Of a stretch of 64,000 nucleotides of DNA, positions 1 through 10,200 are shown piece after piece. The number at the start of each line of letters is the position of its first letter. Within the stretch, counting starts at the first letter, position 1. The stretch is from positions 4,130-68,129 of the forward strand of contig JBEEKN010000004.1 in assembly GCA_041168605.1 (NCBI GenBank), read 5' to 3'. The DNA comes from Bacteroidota bacterium. Its GTDB lineage: Bacteria > Bacteroidota > Bacteroidia > Flavobacteriales_D > Crocinitomicaceae. A program made the translations under genes and the position numbers. Below the pieces are notes generated by a model. It saw only the letters and a list, made by a program, of their open reading frames with translations. It was not told the DNA's origin and did not search any database.

Positions 1-151
1 CCGCTTGAAATATCTAGTGTAGCCAGGGCTGCGTGGAGTTTATCTTGGTTTCTAGCGGTGAGGCATACAGAAAAGCCATCTTTTGAAAGTTTTTGAGCAA
101 TAGCCAAGCCAATGCCTTGGGTAGAGCCGCAAACGAGTGCACGAAGAGAAG
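1..151 (-). CDS. SDR family oxidoreductase, N-terminal fragment (gene continues past the left edge)
   Basis: The reverse complement of 1..151 reads MTPASLRALVCGSTQGIGLAIAQKLSKDGFSVCLTARNQDKLHAALATLDISS. The G-S-T-Q-G-I-G Rossmann dinucleotide-binding motif is typical of classical short-chain dehydrogenases. It is absent from the ORF track because it is truncated. Confidence 0.6.
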
Positions 152-205
152 CGGGTGTCATGTTTAGAGAAATGAATTTATTTTCAGTACAAATAAAATT
201 ATGTA

Positions 206-213
206 TACATTTG
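206..213 (+). promoter_or_regulatory. Bacteroidota -7 promoter box TAnnTTTG (tacatttg) upstream of the 2316-aa cargo gene
   Basis: Exact match to TAnnTTTG, 28 nt upstream of the ATG at 242, in an AT-rich divergent intergenic region. Confidence 0.45.
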
Positions 214-241
214 CTAAATTACGAATACTAAAGTTATTTCT

Positions 242-3200
242 ATGAAAAGTTTTACAAGACTAATTCTTACGACTTTTGCGATGCTGTCTTTGGCATTGAG
301 CGCTGCTTGGGCACAGGTATCAGTCACTGCAACAGGAGGTACTGCCTCTGGTTCGTACGCCACAATTAGCGCTGCCTTCGCTGCGATTAATGCGGGTACG
401 CACACAGGAAGCATCCAAATTACAGTAACTGCCAACATCACAGAGCCAGCAGCTGTTACACCTCTTGAGGCAAGTGGAGTAGGTTTGGCTAGTTACACAG
501 CCATTTCCCTCAAGCCATCAGGCAACGTAACGGTGAGTTCGGATGCAACGCCAACAACCAACCGCGGTCTTGTTGAGCTGAAAGCCGCTGACAACGTAAC
601 CATTGACGGTGACGACCCGCTCACAGCAGGTGTGCGCAACCTCACCTTCCAAATGGCAACTAGTACCAACATCACGGCGGTCATTCGTATTTCTTCTAAC
701 AGTACTACAGGTACCGCAGGTGCAGACAACAACACTGTTAAGAACTGTATCATCATCGGTTCACGCCCAACGGGTATTGCAACAACCATGAGTTACGGTA
801 TCAACGTTTCCAACTATTCTACCACAAGTTTAACTACTGGTGGTTACAGCTGTTTAAACACAACCATAGACAACAACGAAATTCGCCGTTGTTACCGCGG
901 TATTCACCACAATGGTGTAAGTGCTACTTACCCAAATACAGGTATTTATGTGACCAACAACATCATCGGTTCTGCAACTTTGGCCGACAACGTTGGTAAC
1001 TGTGGTATCTTCGTTTCTTATTCTAACATCACAGGAGGCACTACACTTTCCCTCATTGAAGGCAATGACGTTCGTTGTGGAGATGTCTCTCCAACGGGGG
1101 CAGGTTTTAGTTCAACTGTTTCAGGTATCGATCTCGGTACCGTTAACTCTGGTATCCGTGTATTGCGCAACAACATCCATGACATCATGCAGCCTACAAC
1201 TTTCGGTTACGGCGCAAACGGCATCAACATTTCTGGAGCTGCACAATGTGAAAACTTCCTCATTGCCAACAACATGATCAATAATGTTGTCGCTATGAAG
1301 TACACTACCGGTGCTACGAGTTCTTTTATTGCAAATGGTATTCGTTTCTCTGCTGGCGCAACATTTGCTCGCATCATCAATAATACTATTGTTGTAAATG
1401 CTGCACAAACTGGTGCAACTGTCAACTACGCACAACACGGCATCTACTTGGTTTCTACCATGACTGCTGCGCAAATCTTGAACAATATCGTCATTAACAA
1501 TGGTGTGGGTACAGGTTCTTATGCCATCTACTCGGCAACCAACGCCAACATTACTGCAGCTACCGTAAATAACAATAACTATTCGGCTCCAAGTGGTGTA
1601 GTTGGTTTTTATGGAGGTGCAGCACAACCAACACTTGCTGCGTGGCAAGCTGCGACCGGTAAAGATGCAAACAGCTTCAATATTACGCCTGGTTTTGTAA
1701 GTGCAAACGACTTGCACCTTACTACTGCGCCAACTCCTTTAGAGTCTGCAGGTGCTTCAGTTGCAGTAACACTTGTTACCAACGACATCGACAACCAATT
1801 GCGTCCGGGCCCAGTTGCCTCTGTAAATGGTGGTGGTACGAACCCAGATATCGGTGCCGATGAAATGGATGCAACGCAAATTTTCGCTCCAACTTTGAGT
1901 TTTACAAGCATTACGGGTACAGATTGTAATGCAGCAATTGCCCACACCGTTGTGGCAGACGCAGCACCAGTTTCTGGTACTTTCTCTTCTTTGGTTGTCA
2001 ACTATAGTTTTGATGGTGTGGCGCAGACGCCAATCACCATGACCAACACTACGGGTAATACCTATACTGCAACGATCCCTGCAGCCACAACCCCTTTTAA
2101 CGCCAACGTAACTTGGTCAATTGTAGCGACCAACTCCTTTGGTCTCGTCACACAATACACAGGAACAGCCTACACAGATTACTTGTTGTTTGGCATCACT
2201 GCTTCTGCAGTGGCTACGCCAGCTACAATTTGTGCAGGTCAATCAACTGTATTGTCTGCAACCTTTAATACAGCATTAGCTACTTACGATTCTCCAAGTG
2301 TTGGTGCGCCAACAGCAGATGAAGATTTAGGCAACGTGACTATTTCTCAAGCAGGTAATATTTTGTTGAACAACACCACAACCATCAACTCTCTAACAGG
2401 TACGCTTGGTACGGCAGTTGGTACAGCGGGTAGTTTCTCAAACTTTACCGATTTGGCTACTGTAAACATGGCTGCTGGTCAAACTTACGACTTCTCTATC
2501 TCTAGCTTAACAACTGGCCCAACGAACTATACCAACTCATTGGCTATTTTCATCGACTGGAACCGCAATGGTTTGTTCACAGATGCAGGCGAGATGGTTT
2601 ACACACCACCAGCCACAATTTCTGGTCCGCACACACGTACAGGTTCATTTACTGTTCCTGCATGGGCTTTCGGTAAAATGCGCATGCGTGTTGTTTGTTT
2701 AGAGACGCTAATTACTGGTTACGGAACAACTTCATCTTACGGTGAGCGCGAAGACTATATGTTGAATGTTATTGGCGCCGCTACATGGTACCAAGGTACA
2801 ACAGTCATTGCGACAACACCTACTGTAGGTCAGACACCGGCTACTACCACTGATTATTATGCAACTGTAGGTGCGCAAGGCTGTCAAACAACTTCTGCTC
2901 CGGTAACTGTTACTGTTAATCAATTGCCAATTGCTCCTATCGCTGCACCAAGTTCACAGTGTGGTGTTGGAGTACCAACTGCTTCTGTAGCTTCTGGCGC
3001 AGGTGCTGCTGGTTCAGGTTCATTTTATTGGTATGATGCAGCTACTGCTGGTAACATCGTCCAAATGCCACCAGTTGCCTCAACTTGGTCTACATTCTAC
3101 ACTACTGATTTCAATACTGGAACTTCACCAGGTGCAACCGAAAGCGGAACAGCAACAACTACAGCTATCCCAGGATGGTTGCAATTGACTGGTGCTGTAA

Positions 3201-6200
3201 ACAGCCAACAAGGTGGCATCACTGTAGCGCAAGGCATTAATGCTCCAGCTTACAAAGTGGAGTTTGATGTACAAACAACAGCCGGGGGTGCAGATGGTTT
3301 CTCTTGGAGTTTTGCACCAGATGCAAGTGCAACGGCTACTGCCCCAGCGGCAGAGCAAGGTACTGGTACAAAAGTAAAAATCTCTTTTGATGCCTACGGT
3401 GCCATGCCAAATGGCGCAGGTACTTATTTGTTGTACAACAACACAACAACTTCTTTCAACGCAACCTCTGCAGGTGTATTGGGCTTTAACGCTGCTACAC
3501 CTTGGTTGGGTGCTGCTTCTGCACACGTCATCATCACCATCAACGAACTTGGTCAATTGACCTTGAATGTAGATGGTACCGACTTATTTACCAACGTAGC
3601 GCTTCCTGCATCTTATTTAACAGACAATAAAGCTTCTTGGAAACATGTGATCTCTGCCCGTACGGGTGGCTTGAATATGCTTACTGCTATCGATAACCTT
3701 TCTGTTCAGTACAAAGGTTATGGTGCTGGTAATGCCACAATCGGCAATACAATCGCAGCGACTACAACATATTATGTTTCTGAGATGGGTGCAAATGGTT
3801 GTTTCAGTGCGCTTACGCCATTGGTTGCAACGGTTGTGAACCCGAACCCAATTGTATTGACAAACGGTCTTACACCAACTTATTGCCAAGGCGCTACTTA
3901 TACTGAGACAGCAACGTCATCTGCATCACCAGCATATACCTTTACTTGGACTGCTGCCAACCCGAACTCTGGAATTACAGCGCCTGTAAATGCTGCAGCT
4001 TTAGCTCTAACGCCAGTACCTGGTGTTTACACCATTACAGTTACCGGTACAAACGGTGTTTGTACAGCTGTACAAGATGTTACTTTAACAATCAACCCCA
4101 ACCCAATCATCACAACAGCAACTGCTACCAGCGCTATCTGTACTGGCGACACCGTACAATTAGCTGCTACAAGTATTGTTGCGGTGAATGGTCCGGCAAC
4201 AATGAACACGGGTATTGGTTTAAACACCACTACCACCTATCCTTCGCCTTTTGCAAATTGGTACTGGGGAGCTCGACAGCAATACTTGTTTACAGCTGCT
4301 GAATTAACAGCTTTGAACGTATTGCCAGGTAACATTACTTCAGTCGGATTTGATGTCACTCAACAATCAACTGCTGCTGGCTTTACAGATTACACCATCA
4401 AAATGGCGAACTCTTCTGTCACTGCATTGACAACAACTTTTGAAACAGGCCTCACGCAAGTTTATTACAATGCCAACCTTGTACCTAGTGGTTTGGGTTA
4501 TGCAAACAACACACTTGCTTTCCAAACACCATTTGTTTGGGATGGCACTTCTAATGTAGTGATTGAAATCTGTTTCAACAACGGTTCTTACACGAACAAC
4601 GCTATTGCAACAAATTCAACTACTTTCGCTGGTGCTGGTCACTGGGTATTTGCCGACAACGCTAACAACTGTTCAAACCCAAGTGGTGGTACGCTTTCTA
4701 ACATTCGCATCAATATGCAATTTGGCGCAAGTATTGGCACCAACTACACAAGCTTATTGAACTGGTTGTGGACAAGCGGTTTGAATACTACAGGTACTAC
4801 GGCTTCTTCTATCGAGTTCAACACTGGTTCAGCTCCGATTACAGAGGCTTACACAGTTCAAGCAACCTATCCATTAACGGGTTGTCAGTCTGTTGGTACT
4901 ACCAACTTTGCAACAATCAACCCGCTCCCGGTTGTAGGTGCGGGTCCGAACGTTGTGATCTGCTCTAACAACGCAACTGAGCAGCAAACTTTAGCTGGTA
5001 CAGGCGCTGCTACATACACATGGAACAACGGTGTTACCAATAACGTTCCTTTTGCTGTTGGCGCAACAAGTAACTACATTGTTACTGGTACAGATGTCAA
5101 TGGTTGTGTAAACGTGGATACCATGTTACTCACATACTCTACAATTCCTGTTGCCAATGCAGGTGTTGATCAAGCGATTTGTTTTGGTCAGACAGCTACT
5201 TTAAATGCAAGTGGTTTGGCTCCATTCAACTGGACCATGACTAACTATGCAAACAGTGGTTTGACTGCGGGTGTAAACAATGTTCCGTCATTGGTTGTAA
5301 CGCCTACATCACCTGGTACATATACTTACCAAGTGAACGTTCAAAACACTGTGGGATGTACAAATAACGATGCTGCTACTTTAACAGTATACACGCTTCC
5401 AGTTGTGAACGCTGGTGTTGACCAAACGATTTGTAATGCTTCGCCAGTGATTATCTCTGGTTCTGGAGCGTTGTCTTATGCTTGGAACAACGGTGTAACG
5501 AATGCTACGCCATTCTTCCCTGGATCTACAGCGACTTATACTGTAATCGGTACAGACGCAAACGGATGTCAGAACCAAGACCAAGTCATTGTAAATGTAT
5601 TGCCGCAACCAATCGTATTGGGTGGTTTAGACCAAACAATTTGTGCGGGTACGCCAATCATCTTGAACGCATCTACAACTTCTGCTACACCAACAGCTGT
5701 TACAGGCTTCCAGTGGAGCAACAACGTGCCAAACAACACGCAATACGTACCTACAAACTCTGCAACGCTTACGGTTACAGCTACAGGTGCTAACGGTTGT
5801 ACAAACCAAGACCAAATCTTGGTGACTGTATTGGCATTGCCAACTGTAAATGCTGGTCAAGACATCACGGTTTGTGCTGGCTTGAGTGCAACACTTAACG
5901 CTTCAGGCGCGGTTTCTTATGCTTGGAACAACGGTGTAACACAAGGCATTCCTTTCTATCCGAACGCAACGCAAACTTACACAGTAGTAGGTACAGGTGC
6001 TAACGGTTGTACGAACAACGACCAATTATTGGTAACTGTTTCTACTGGCCCAACAGTCAACTTGTCAGCTCCTCAAACAGTCTGTGCGAACACACCGGCT
6101 TCTATCAGTGCAGCAGTTCAAAATAGCCTTGGTGGTTTCTGGACTACAACCAACGGGACAGGTGTGATTTCACCTAACGTTACCAACGGTACAGTTACTT

Positions 6201-7192
6201 ATACACCAGCTGTTACAGATCCAGTTGTTGTCAACTTGACTTACGTAGCTACCAACGCTTGTGGTTCTGCATCGCAAAACACAACAGTTACTGTATTGCC
6301 AATCCCGGTTGTCAACGCAGGTCCTGACTTCGCAGTATGTCAAGGTACTTCTGCTACACTTACAGCTACCGGTACAGGTTTCTTAACTTGGACTACTCCA
6401 AACGTAACCAACGGTGTTGCTTTTGTTCCTGCAACTACAACAACTTACAATGTAGTCGCTACAGGTTTCAATAACTGTACAAACAACGACCAAGTAACTG
6501 TCACAATTCTTGCTTTACCTGATGTTAACGCTGGCGCTGACCAAACAATCTGTTCTGGTGAGTCAGTTACATTGAATGGTCAAGGAGCTGTTTCATACCA
6601 ATGGAATGGTGGTGCTGCCAACGGTGTAGCTTTTGCACCATCTACAACGGCTACTTATACAGTTACAGGTACAGGTGTGAACGGTTGTGAGAACACAGAC
6701 CAAATGAGTGTAACAGTAAATGCTACGCCAGTGGCAAGCATCTCTGTTGTGAACGACGTAACACTTGCTGCAACGCCAGCAGGCATGAACTACCAATGGA
6801 TCAACTGTGCTTCTGGTACAGATGTGCCTAACGGTTCTACTGCTAACTTTACAGCAATTGAAAATGGTTCTTATGCAGTTATCGTTACTTCTGCTCAAGG
6901 TTGTTCTGATCAGTCTGACTGTGAAGTCATCGATGCAGTAGGTTTAGATCAAATTGCAGCCATCGAGATGTCTGTTAATCCGAACCCAACGGCGGGTGAC
7001 TTAACCATCAATATGCCAACAGAATTGACCGCTCAAGCGCAAGTATTTGATGCTCAAGGTAAATTGGTATTAGATGCCTCAAATGTTTCAAATGGTTCTG
7101 TATTGAATCTCCAAAACATGACAACAGGTGTTTATGTGGTACGTATTACAGCTTCAAATTCTGTACAAACATTCAGAGTGGTTAAACACTAA
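242..7192 (+). CDS. Giant secreted T9SS cargo protein (parallel beta-helix, GEVED, lectin-like domain, Ig-like repeat array, type A C-terminal sorting domain)
   Basis: 2316-aa ORF with signal peptide MKSFTRLILTTFAMLSLALSAAWAQ. PbH1-like repeats are present (NNTVKNCIIIGS, IDNNEIRRC, VLRNNIHDI, IANNMINNV, IINNTIVVN). A GEVED-type domain ends YGEREDYMLNV at about 2741..2770. Nine modules of about 75 aa follow (PVVNAG-DQTIC...Y-WNNGVT...GTD-NGC). The C-terminus NPNPTAGDLTINMP...GVYVVRITASNSVQTFRVVKH matches the T9SS type A sorting domain. Confidence 0.9.
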   Translation: MKSFTRLILTTFAMLSLALSAAWAQVSVTATGGTASGSYATISAAFAAINAGTHTGSIQITVTANITEPAAVTPLEASGVGLASYTAISLKPSGNVTVSSDATPTTNRGLVELKAADNVTIDGDDPLTAGVRNLTFQMATSTNITAVIRISSNSTTGTAGADNNTVKNCIIIGSRPTGIATTMSYGINVSNYSTTSLTTGGYSCLNTTIDNNEIRRCYRGIHHNGVSATYPNTGIYVTNNIIGSATLADNVGNCGIFVSYSNITGGTTLSLIEGNDVRCGDVSPTGAGFSSTVSGIDLGTVNSGIRVLRNNIHDIMQPTTFGYGANGINISGAAQCENFLIANNMINNVVAMKYTTGATSSFIANGIRFSAGATFARIINNTIVVNAAQTGATVNYAQHGIYLVSTMTAAQILNNIVINNGVGTGSYAIYSATNANITAATVNNNNYSAPSGVVGFYGGAAQPTLAAWQAATGKDANSFNITPGFVSANDLHLTTAPTPLESAGASVAVTLVTNDIDNQLRPGPVASVNGGGTNPDIGADEMDATQIFAPTLSFTSITGTDCNAAIAHTVVADAAPVSGTFSSLVVNYSFDGVAQTPITMTNTTGNTYTATIPAATTPFNANVTWSIVATNSFGLVTQYTGTAYTDYLLFGITASAVATPATICAGQSTVLSATFNTALATYDSPSVGAPTADEDLGNVTISQAGNILLNNTTTINSLTGTLGTAVGTAGSFSNFTDLATVNMAAGQTYDFSISSLTTGPTNYTNSLAIFIDWNRNGLFTDAGEMVYTPPATISGPHTRTGSFTVPAWAFGKMRMRVVCLETLITGYGTTSSYGEREDYMLNVIGAATWYQGTTVIATTPTVGQTPATTTDYYATVGAQGCQTTSAPVTVTVNQLPIAPIAAPSSQCGVGVPTASVASGAGAAGSGSFYWYDAATAGNIVQMPPVASTWSTFYTTDFNTGTSPGATESGTATTTAIPGWLQLTGAVNSQQGGITVAQGINAPAYKVEFDVQTTAGGADGFSWSFAPDASATATAPAAEQGTGTKVKISFDAYGAMPNGAGTYLLYNNTTTSFNATSAGVLGFNAATPWLGAASAHVIITINELGQLTLNVDGTDLFTNVALPASYLTDNKASWKHVISARTGGLNMLTAIDNLSVQYKGYGAGNATIGNTIAATTTYYVSEMGANGCFSALTPLVATVVNPNPIVLTNGLTPTYCQGATYTETATSSASPAYTFTWTAANPNSGITAPVNAAALALTPVPGVYTITVTGTNGVCTAVQDVTLTINPNPIITTATATSAICTGDTVQLAATSIVAVNGPATMNTGIGLNTTTTYPSPFANWYWGARQQYLFTAAELTALNVLPGNITSVGFDVTQQSTAAGFTDYTIKMANSSVTALTTTFETGLTQVYYNANLVPSGLGYANNTLAFQTPFVWDGTSNVVIEICFNNGSYTNNAIATNSTTFAGAGHWVFADNANNCSNPSGGTLSNIRINMQFGASIGTNYTSLLNWLWTSGLNTTGTTASSIEFNTGSAPITEAYTVQATYPLTGCQSVGTTNFATINPLPVVGAGPNVVICSNNATEQQTLAGTGAATYTWNNGVTNNVPFAVGATSNYIVTGTDVNGCVNVDTMLLTYSTIPVANAGVDQAICFGQTATLNASGLAPFNWTMTNYANSGLTAGVNNVPSLVVTPTSPGTYTYQVNVQNTVGCTNNDAATLTVYTLPVVNAGVDQTICNASPVIISGSGALSYAWNNGVTNATPFFPGSTATYTVIGTDANGCQNQDQVIVNVLPQPIVLGGLDQTICAGTPIILNASTTSATPTAVTGFQWSNNVPNNTQYVPTNSATLTVTATGANGCTNQDQILVTVLALPTVNAGQDITVCAGLSATLNASGAVSYAWNNGVTQGIPFYPNATQTYTVVGTGANGCTNNDQLLVTVSTGPTVNLSAPQTVCANTPASISAAVQNSLGGFWTTTNGTGVISPNVTNGTVTYTPAVTDPVVVNLTYVATNACGSASQNTTVTVLPIPVVNAGPDFAVCQGTSATLTATGTGFLTWTTPNVTNGVAFVPATTTTYNVVATGFNNCTNNDQVTVTILALPDVNAGADQTICSGESVTLNGQGAVSYQWNGGAANGVAFAPSTTATYTVTGTGVNGCENTDQMSVTVNATPVASISVVNDVTLAATPAGMNYQWINCASGTDVPNGSTANFTAIENGSYAVIVTSAQGCSDQSDCEVIDAVGLDQIAAIEMSVNPNPTAGDLTINMPTELTAQAQVFDAQGKLVLDASNVSNGSVLNLQNMTTGVYVVRITASNSVQTFRVVKH
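4922..6931 (+). repeat. In-frame array of 9 diverged Ig-like modules of about 70-85 aa (CHU_C-associated type) inside the 2316-aa gene
   Basis: Each module starts P-x-V-N-A-G-x-D-Q-T-I-C and ends G-x-N-G-C-x-N-x-D-Q-x-x-V-T-V. The period is about 210-250 nt. Copies are diverged at DNA level and in frame, so this is protein-domain repetition rather than a CRISPR array or satellite. Confidence 0.8.
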
Positions 7193-7213
7193 TTGAACTA
7201 CCTCGAATATTCG

Positions 7214-7241
7214 AAAGCCACCCCTTGGGGTGGCTTTTTTG
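7214..7241 (+). terminator. Rho-independent terminator after the 2316-aa gene
   Basis: aaagccacccc-ttg-gggtggcttttttg: a GC-rich hairpin followed by a T-tract, 22 nt after the stop codon. Confidence 0.75.
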
Positions 7242-7253
7242 TTTACTTAATGT

Positions 7254-7261
7254 TACCTTTG
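7254..7261 (+). promoter_or_regulatory. -7 promoter box TAnnTTTG (tacctttg) for the first bicistronic paralog unit
   Basis: Exact TAnnTTTG match 19 nt upstream of the ATG at 7281, immediately after a terminator. Confidence 0.5.
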
Positions 7262-7280
7262 GGAACCTTAAAATATTATC

Positions 7281-10200
7281 ATGAGAAAACTATACGTATT
7301 AAGTTTGATTTTCCTGTTTTTTAGCCAAATTGGTTGGTCCCAATTTATTCAGATCGGAACCGGAACAGCTTCTAGCTATTTGAGTGGACCAATTTATAGA
7401 AGTGCGGCCACCTCAACTTTTAATTGGTCTAAGTATGCCTACATCTATACGGCTACAGAATTAGCAGCGATACCCGCAGGCTCCATGATTACCCAAATTG
7501 AGTGGGAAAAGGCTACGGGTACGATCACTGCTCCTAATACTTTTGAAATTTTATTGGCCAATAATTCTGCAACGGTCTTAACTACAGGCACCACTTGGGG
7601 AACAATCAGTGCAGGGGCTACCTCAGTTTATAACAATACCAACCAAGCATTTACAGGTACTGCTCCTGGTTGGGAATCCTATATTTTAACTACGCCTTTT
7701 ATTTATACGGGTGGTACGCTTCAAGTCATGACTGACCACGTGAAAGCGGGTACAGCGAGTGGCGCGGTTAATTACTACCGTACTGCAGCCACAGGGATGG
7801 CTATCGGCTGGGCTGCTGGCGCAGCAGGGTCTGCGGCATCGTCTTTAACAACTACGTATGGTAATAACCGCCCAAATATCAAAATCCATTATGTACCGGG
7901 CAATGCTTGTACTGGCGCTGTAACTGCTGGAACGGCTGTTTCTTCAGTTCCAACTGTATGCCCATCTGTACCTTATTCGGTTTCTTTGAGCGGAAGTACT
8001 TTAGCTTCGGGCATCACTTACCAATGGCAATCAGCAACAAGCGCATCGGGCCCTTTCTCAAATATTACTGGCGCTACAAACAGCAGCTACCAAGCAACTC
8101 AAACCGTTGATACTTGGTATCAGTGTGTAGTAACCTGTACAGCTTCAGGTTCAACCCAAACATCTTCAGTTGTTGGTGTCACTACCAACAACTTCTATAA
8201 TTGTTATTGTACGAGTGGCGCCACTTCTGCAACCTATGGTGATATCCAACGCGTAGAATTGAACACAATTGACAATAGCTCTACAGCATGTAATGGGATG
8301 TATTCGGATTTCACGAGTATCTCTACATTGCTTTCTCCAGGGGTTACTTACCCAATGGAACTCGATTTATTCAATTGTACTGGAGGTACCTACAACTATG
8401 GAACTCGCGTTTGGATAGATACCGACCACAACGGTCAGTTCGATACCTACGAGTTACTTTATGATGCGAGCAATTCTTTGCCGGCTCTTACAACCATAAA
8501 CGTTCCATTTAACATTACTATTCCACCAACAGCACTTTCAGGCATGACGAGAATGCGTGTGGTGATCATCGAATCGAACGCCACACCTCCTGCGTGTGGA
8601 ACCTATACTTGGGGTGAGACAGAAGATTACATGATCAATATCTCAGCACCACCAACTTGTCCGCAACCAACTTTATTGAATGTTGTGAGCACTACCTTGA
8701 ATCAAGCTATTATTGACTGGACGCCAGGTGGCGCAGAAACGCAATGGCAAATTGAATACGGTCCGCAAGGTTTCACACCAGGAACAGGTACATTGGTTTA
8801 TACGTCAGCGCACCCATTCACAATTGGATCTTTAACACCTTATAGCTTCTATCAAGCACGCGTGCGCGCAGTATGTACACCTGGCGACTCTTCGTTTTGG
8901 TCACCGGCAATATCTTGGAACACCTATGATCAAGGTCAGTACATTACCTGGGACAACGAATGCCCAGCAACTGGCTTCATTGATATTTCAGCTAACCCTA
9001 CAGCTACCTACACCAACATTGCTTATTTAGGTGAAATCGGTCTGACTTTGCCGTTCCCAATTTTGTACCAAGGTACGTTGGTTACGGTTGCTACAATTGG
9101 TAACACAGGTGGTGTCAAGTTCGGCACGACAAACGCACAACTCAATTACGTAATGGAGCCAGGTAACGGTTTGTATCCATATATTCAGCAATTGGCGCAG
9201 TCTTATGCAGTGGGTGGAGGTATTTACTACGAGCAAATTGGCACTTCGCCGAATAGCCAGTTAGTAATTCAATGGAAAGACATTCCTCACTGGAACTCTC
9301 CTATTTTCCCTAACGGCGCAACTTTTGAATTGATCATCGACGAAGCGACCCAAGAGATTTACTACGTATACGATGACGTCATCATGGGCAACCCAACAGC
9401 TTGGGACTTCGGTGCCGATGCCGAGATTGGCGTTCGCGGTGCACAGAACATCAACGTTTCAATGAACAACCAAACGTATTTGCAAAACAACAGCTGTGTG
9501 CATTTCTACTACGTAGACTGCCCGAACCCTGTTGCTTTAACTACTTCTTATTTGTTCCCTAATGAGGCAGCCTTTACCTGGACAGCCAGTGCAGCAGGTG
9601 AAACATCTTGGACTGTAGTTTACGGCCCTGCAGGTTTTGACCCACTTACTAGCGGCACAACGCTAACTGTAACTGCAGCTTCTGTTCAACTTTTGAACCT
9701 CATTCCACTTGCCAACTACGACATGTACATCTACTCTGCTTGTGCGGGTGGTTTGCAAAGTGCTGGTTTGTTCTACAACTTCCAAACCCCACCAATTTGT
9801 TCTAACCCAACGGCCTTTACAAGCACTGCAGGTTTAGACAGCCTCATGAGCAGCTGGAGCTGGAGCCCATACACGAGCTTCTATCCTTCTACAGGCTTCA
9901 ACTTACAAGTAGTAGCACAAGATTCTGCTTTGTACACAGGCACTGTTTATGCTTTAGACAACAACAACAACGATACCACCACTAACGCGGCATGGTATCC
10001 AGGCCAAGCGGTTCAGGTATATGTTCAGGCAGTATGTGGCCAGGATACATCAGCCTATGTAGGTCCAATTAGCATTATCATGCCAATCAGCAATGACAAC
10101 GCATGTGGCGCTCACCCGATTACTGTTGGCGCCCCAGGTTTGTTGTACAACAACACCGGCGCTACAGTTTCAGCTGAAGAACTCGGTATTGTTCCGCCAG

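Noticed and set aside
1121-1717. Long antisense and off-frame ORFs inside the giant genes. Examples: 1121..1717 (-), 1609..2001 (-), 3125..3556 (-), 15427..15867 (-), 18789..19175 (-), 27317..27757 (-), 59391..59828 (-).
   Set aside because: They lie wholly inside much longer ORFs that have clear domain content. Their translations are low-complexity (Cys/Arg/Ser/Val-rich) with no motifs. Thr/Asn/Gly/Ala-rich coding sequence depletes stop codons in other frames. I treat them as shadow ORFs.
4922-6931. Periodic repeats at 4922..6931 and 23781..27386, considered as a possible CRISPR array or satellite.
   Set aside because: The period is about 210-250 nt, the copies are diverged, and they are in frame. 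They encode Ig-like modules inside intact ORFs. There are no short identical repeats separated by unique spacers, and no cas genes.
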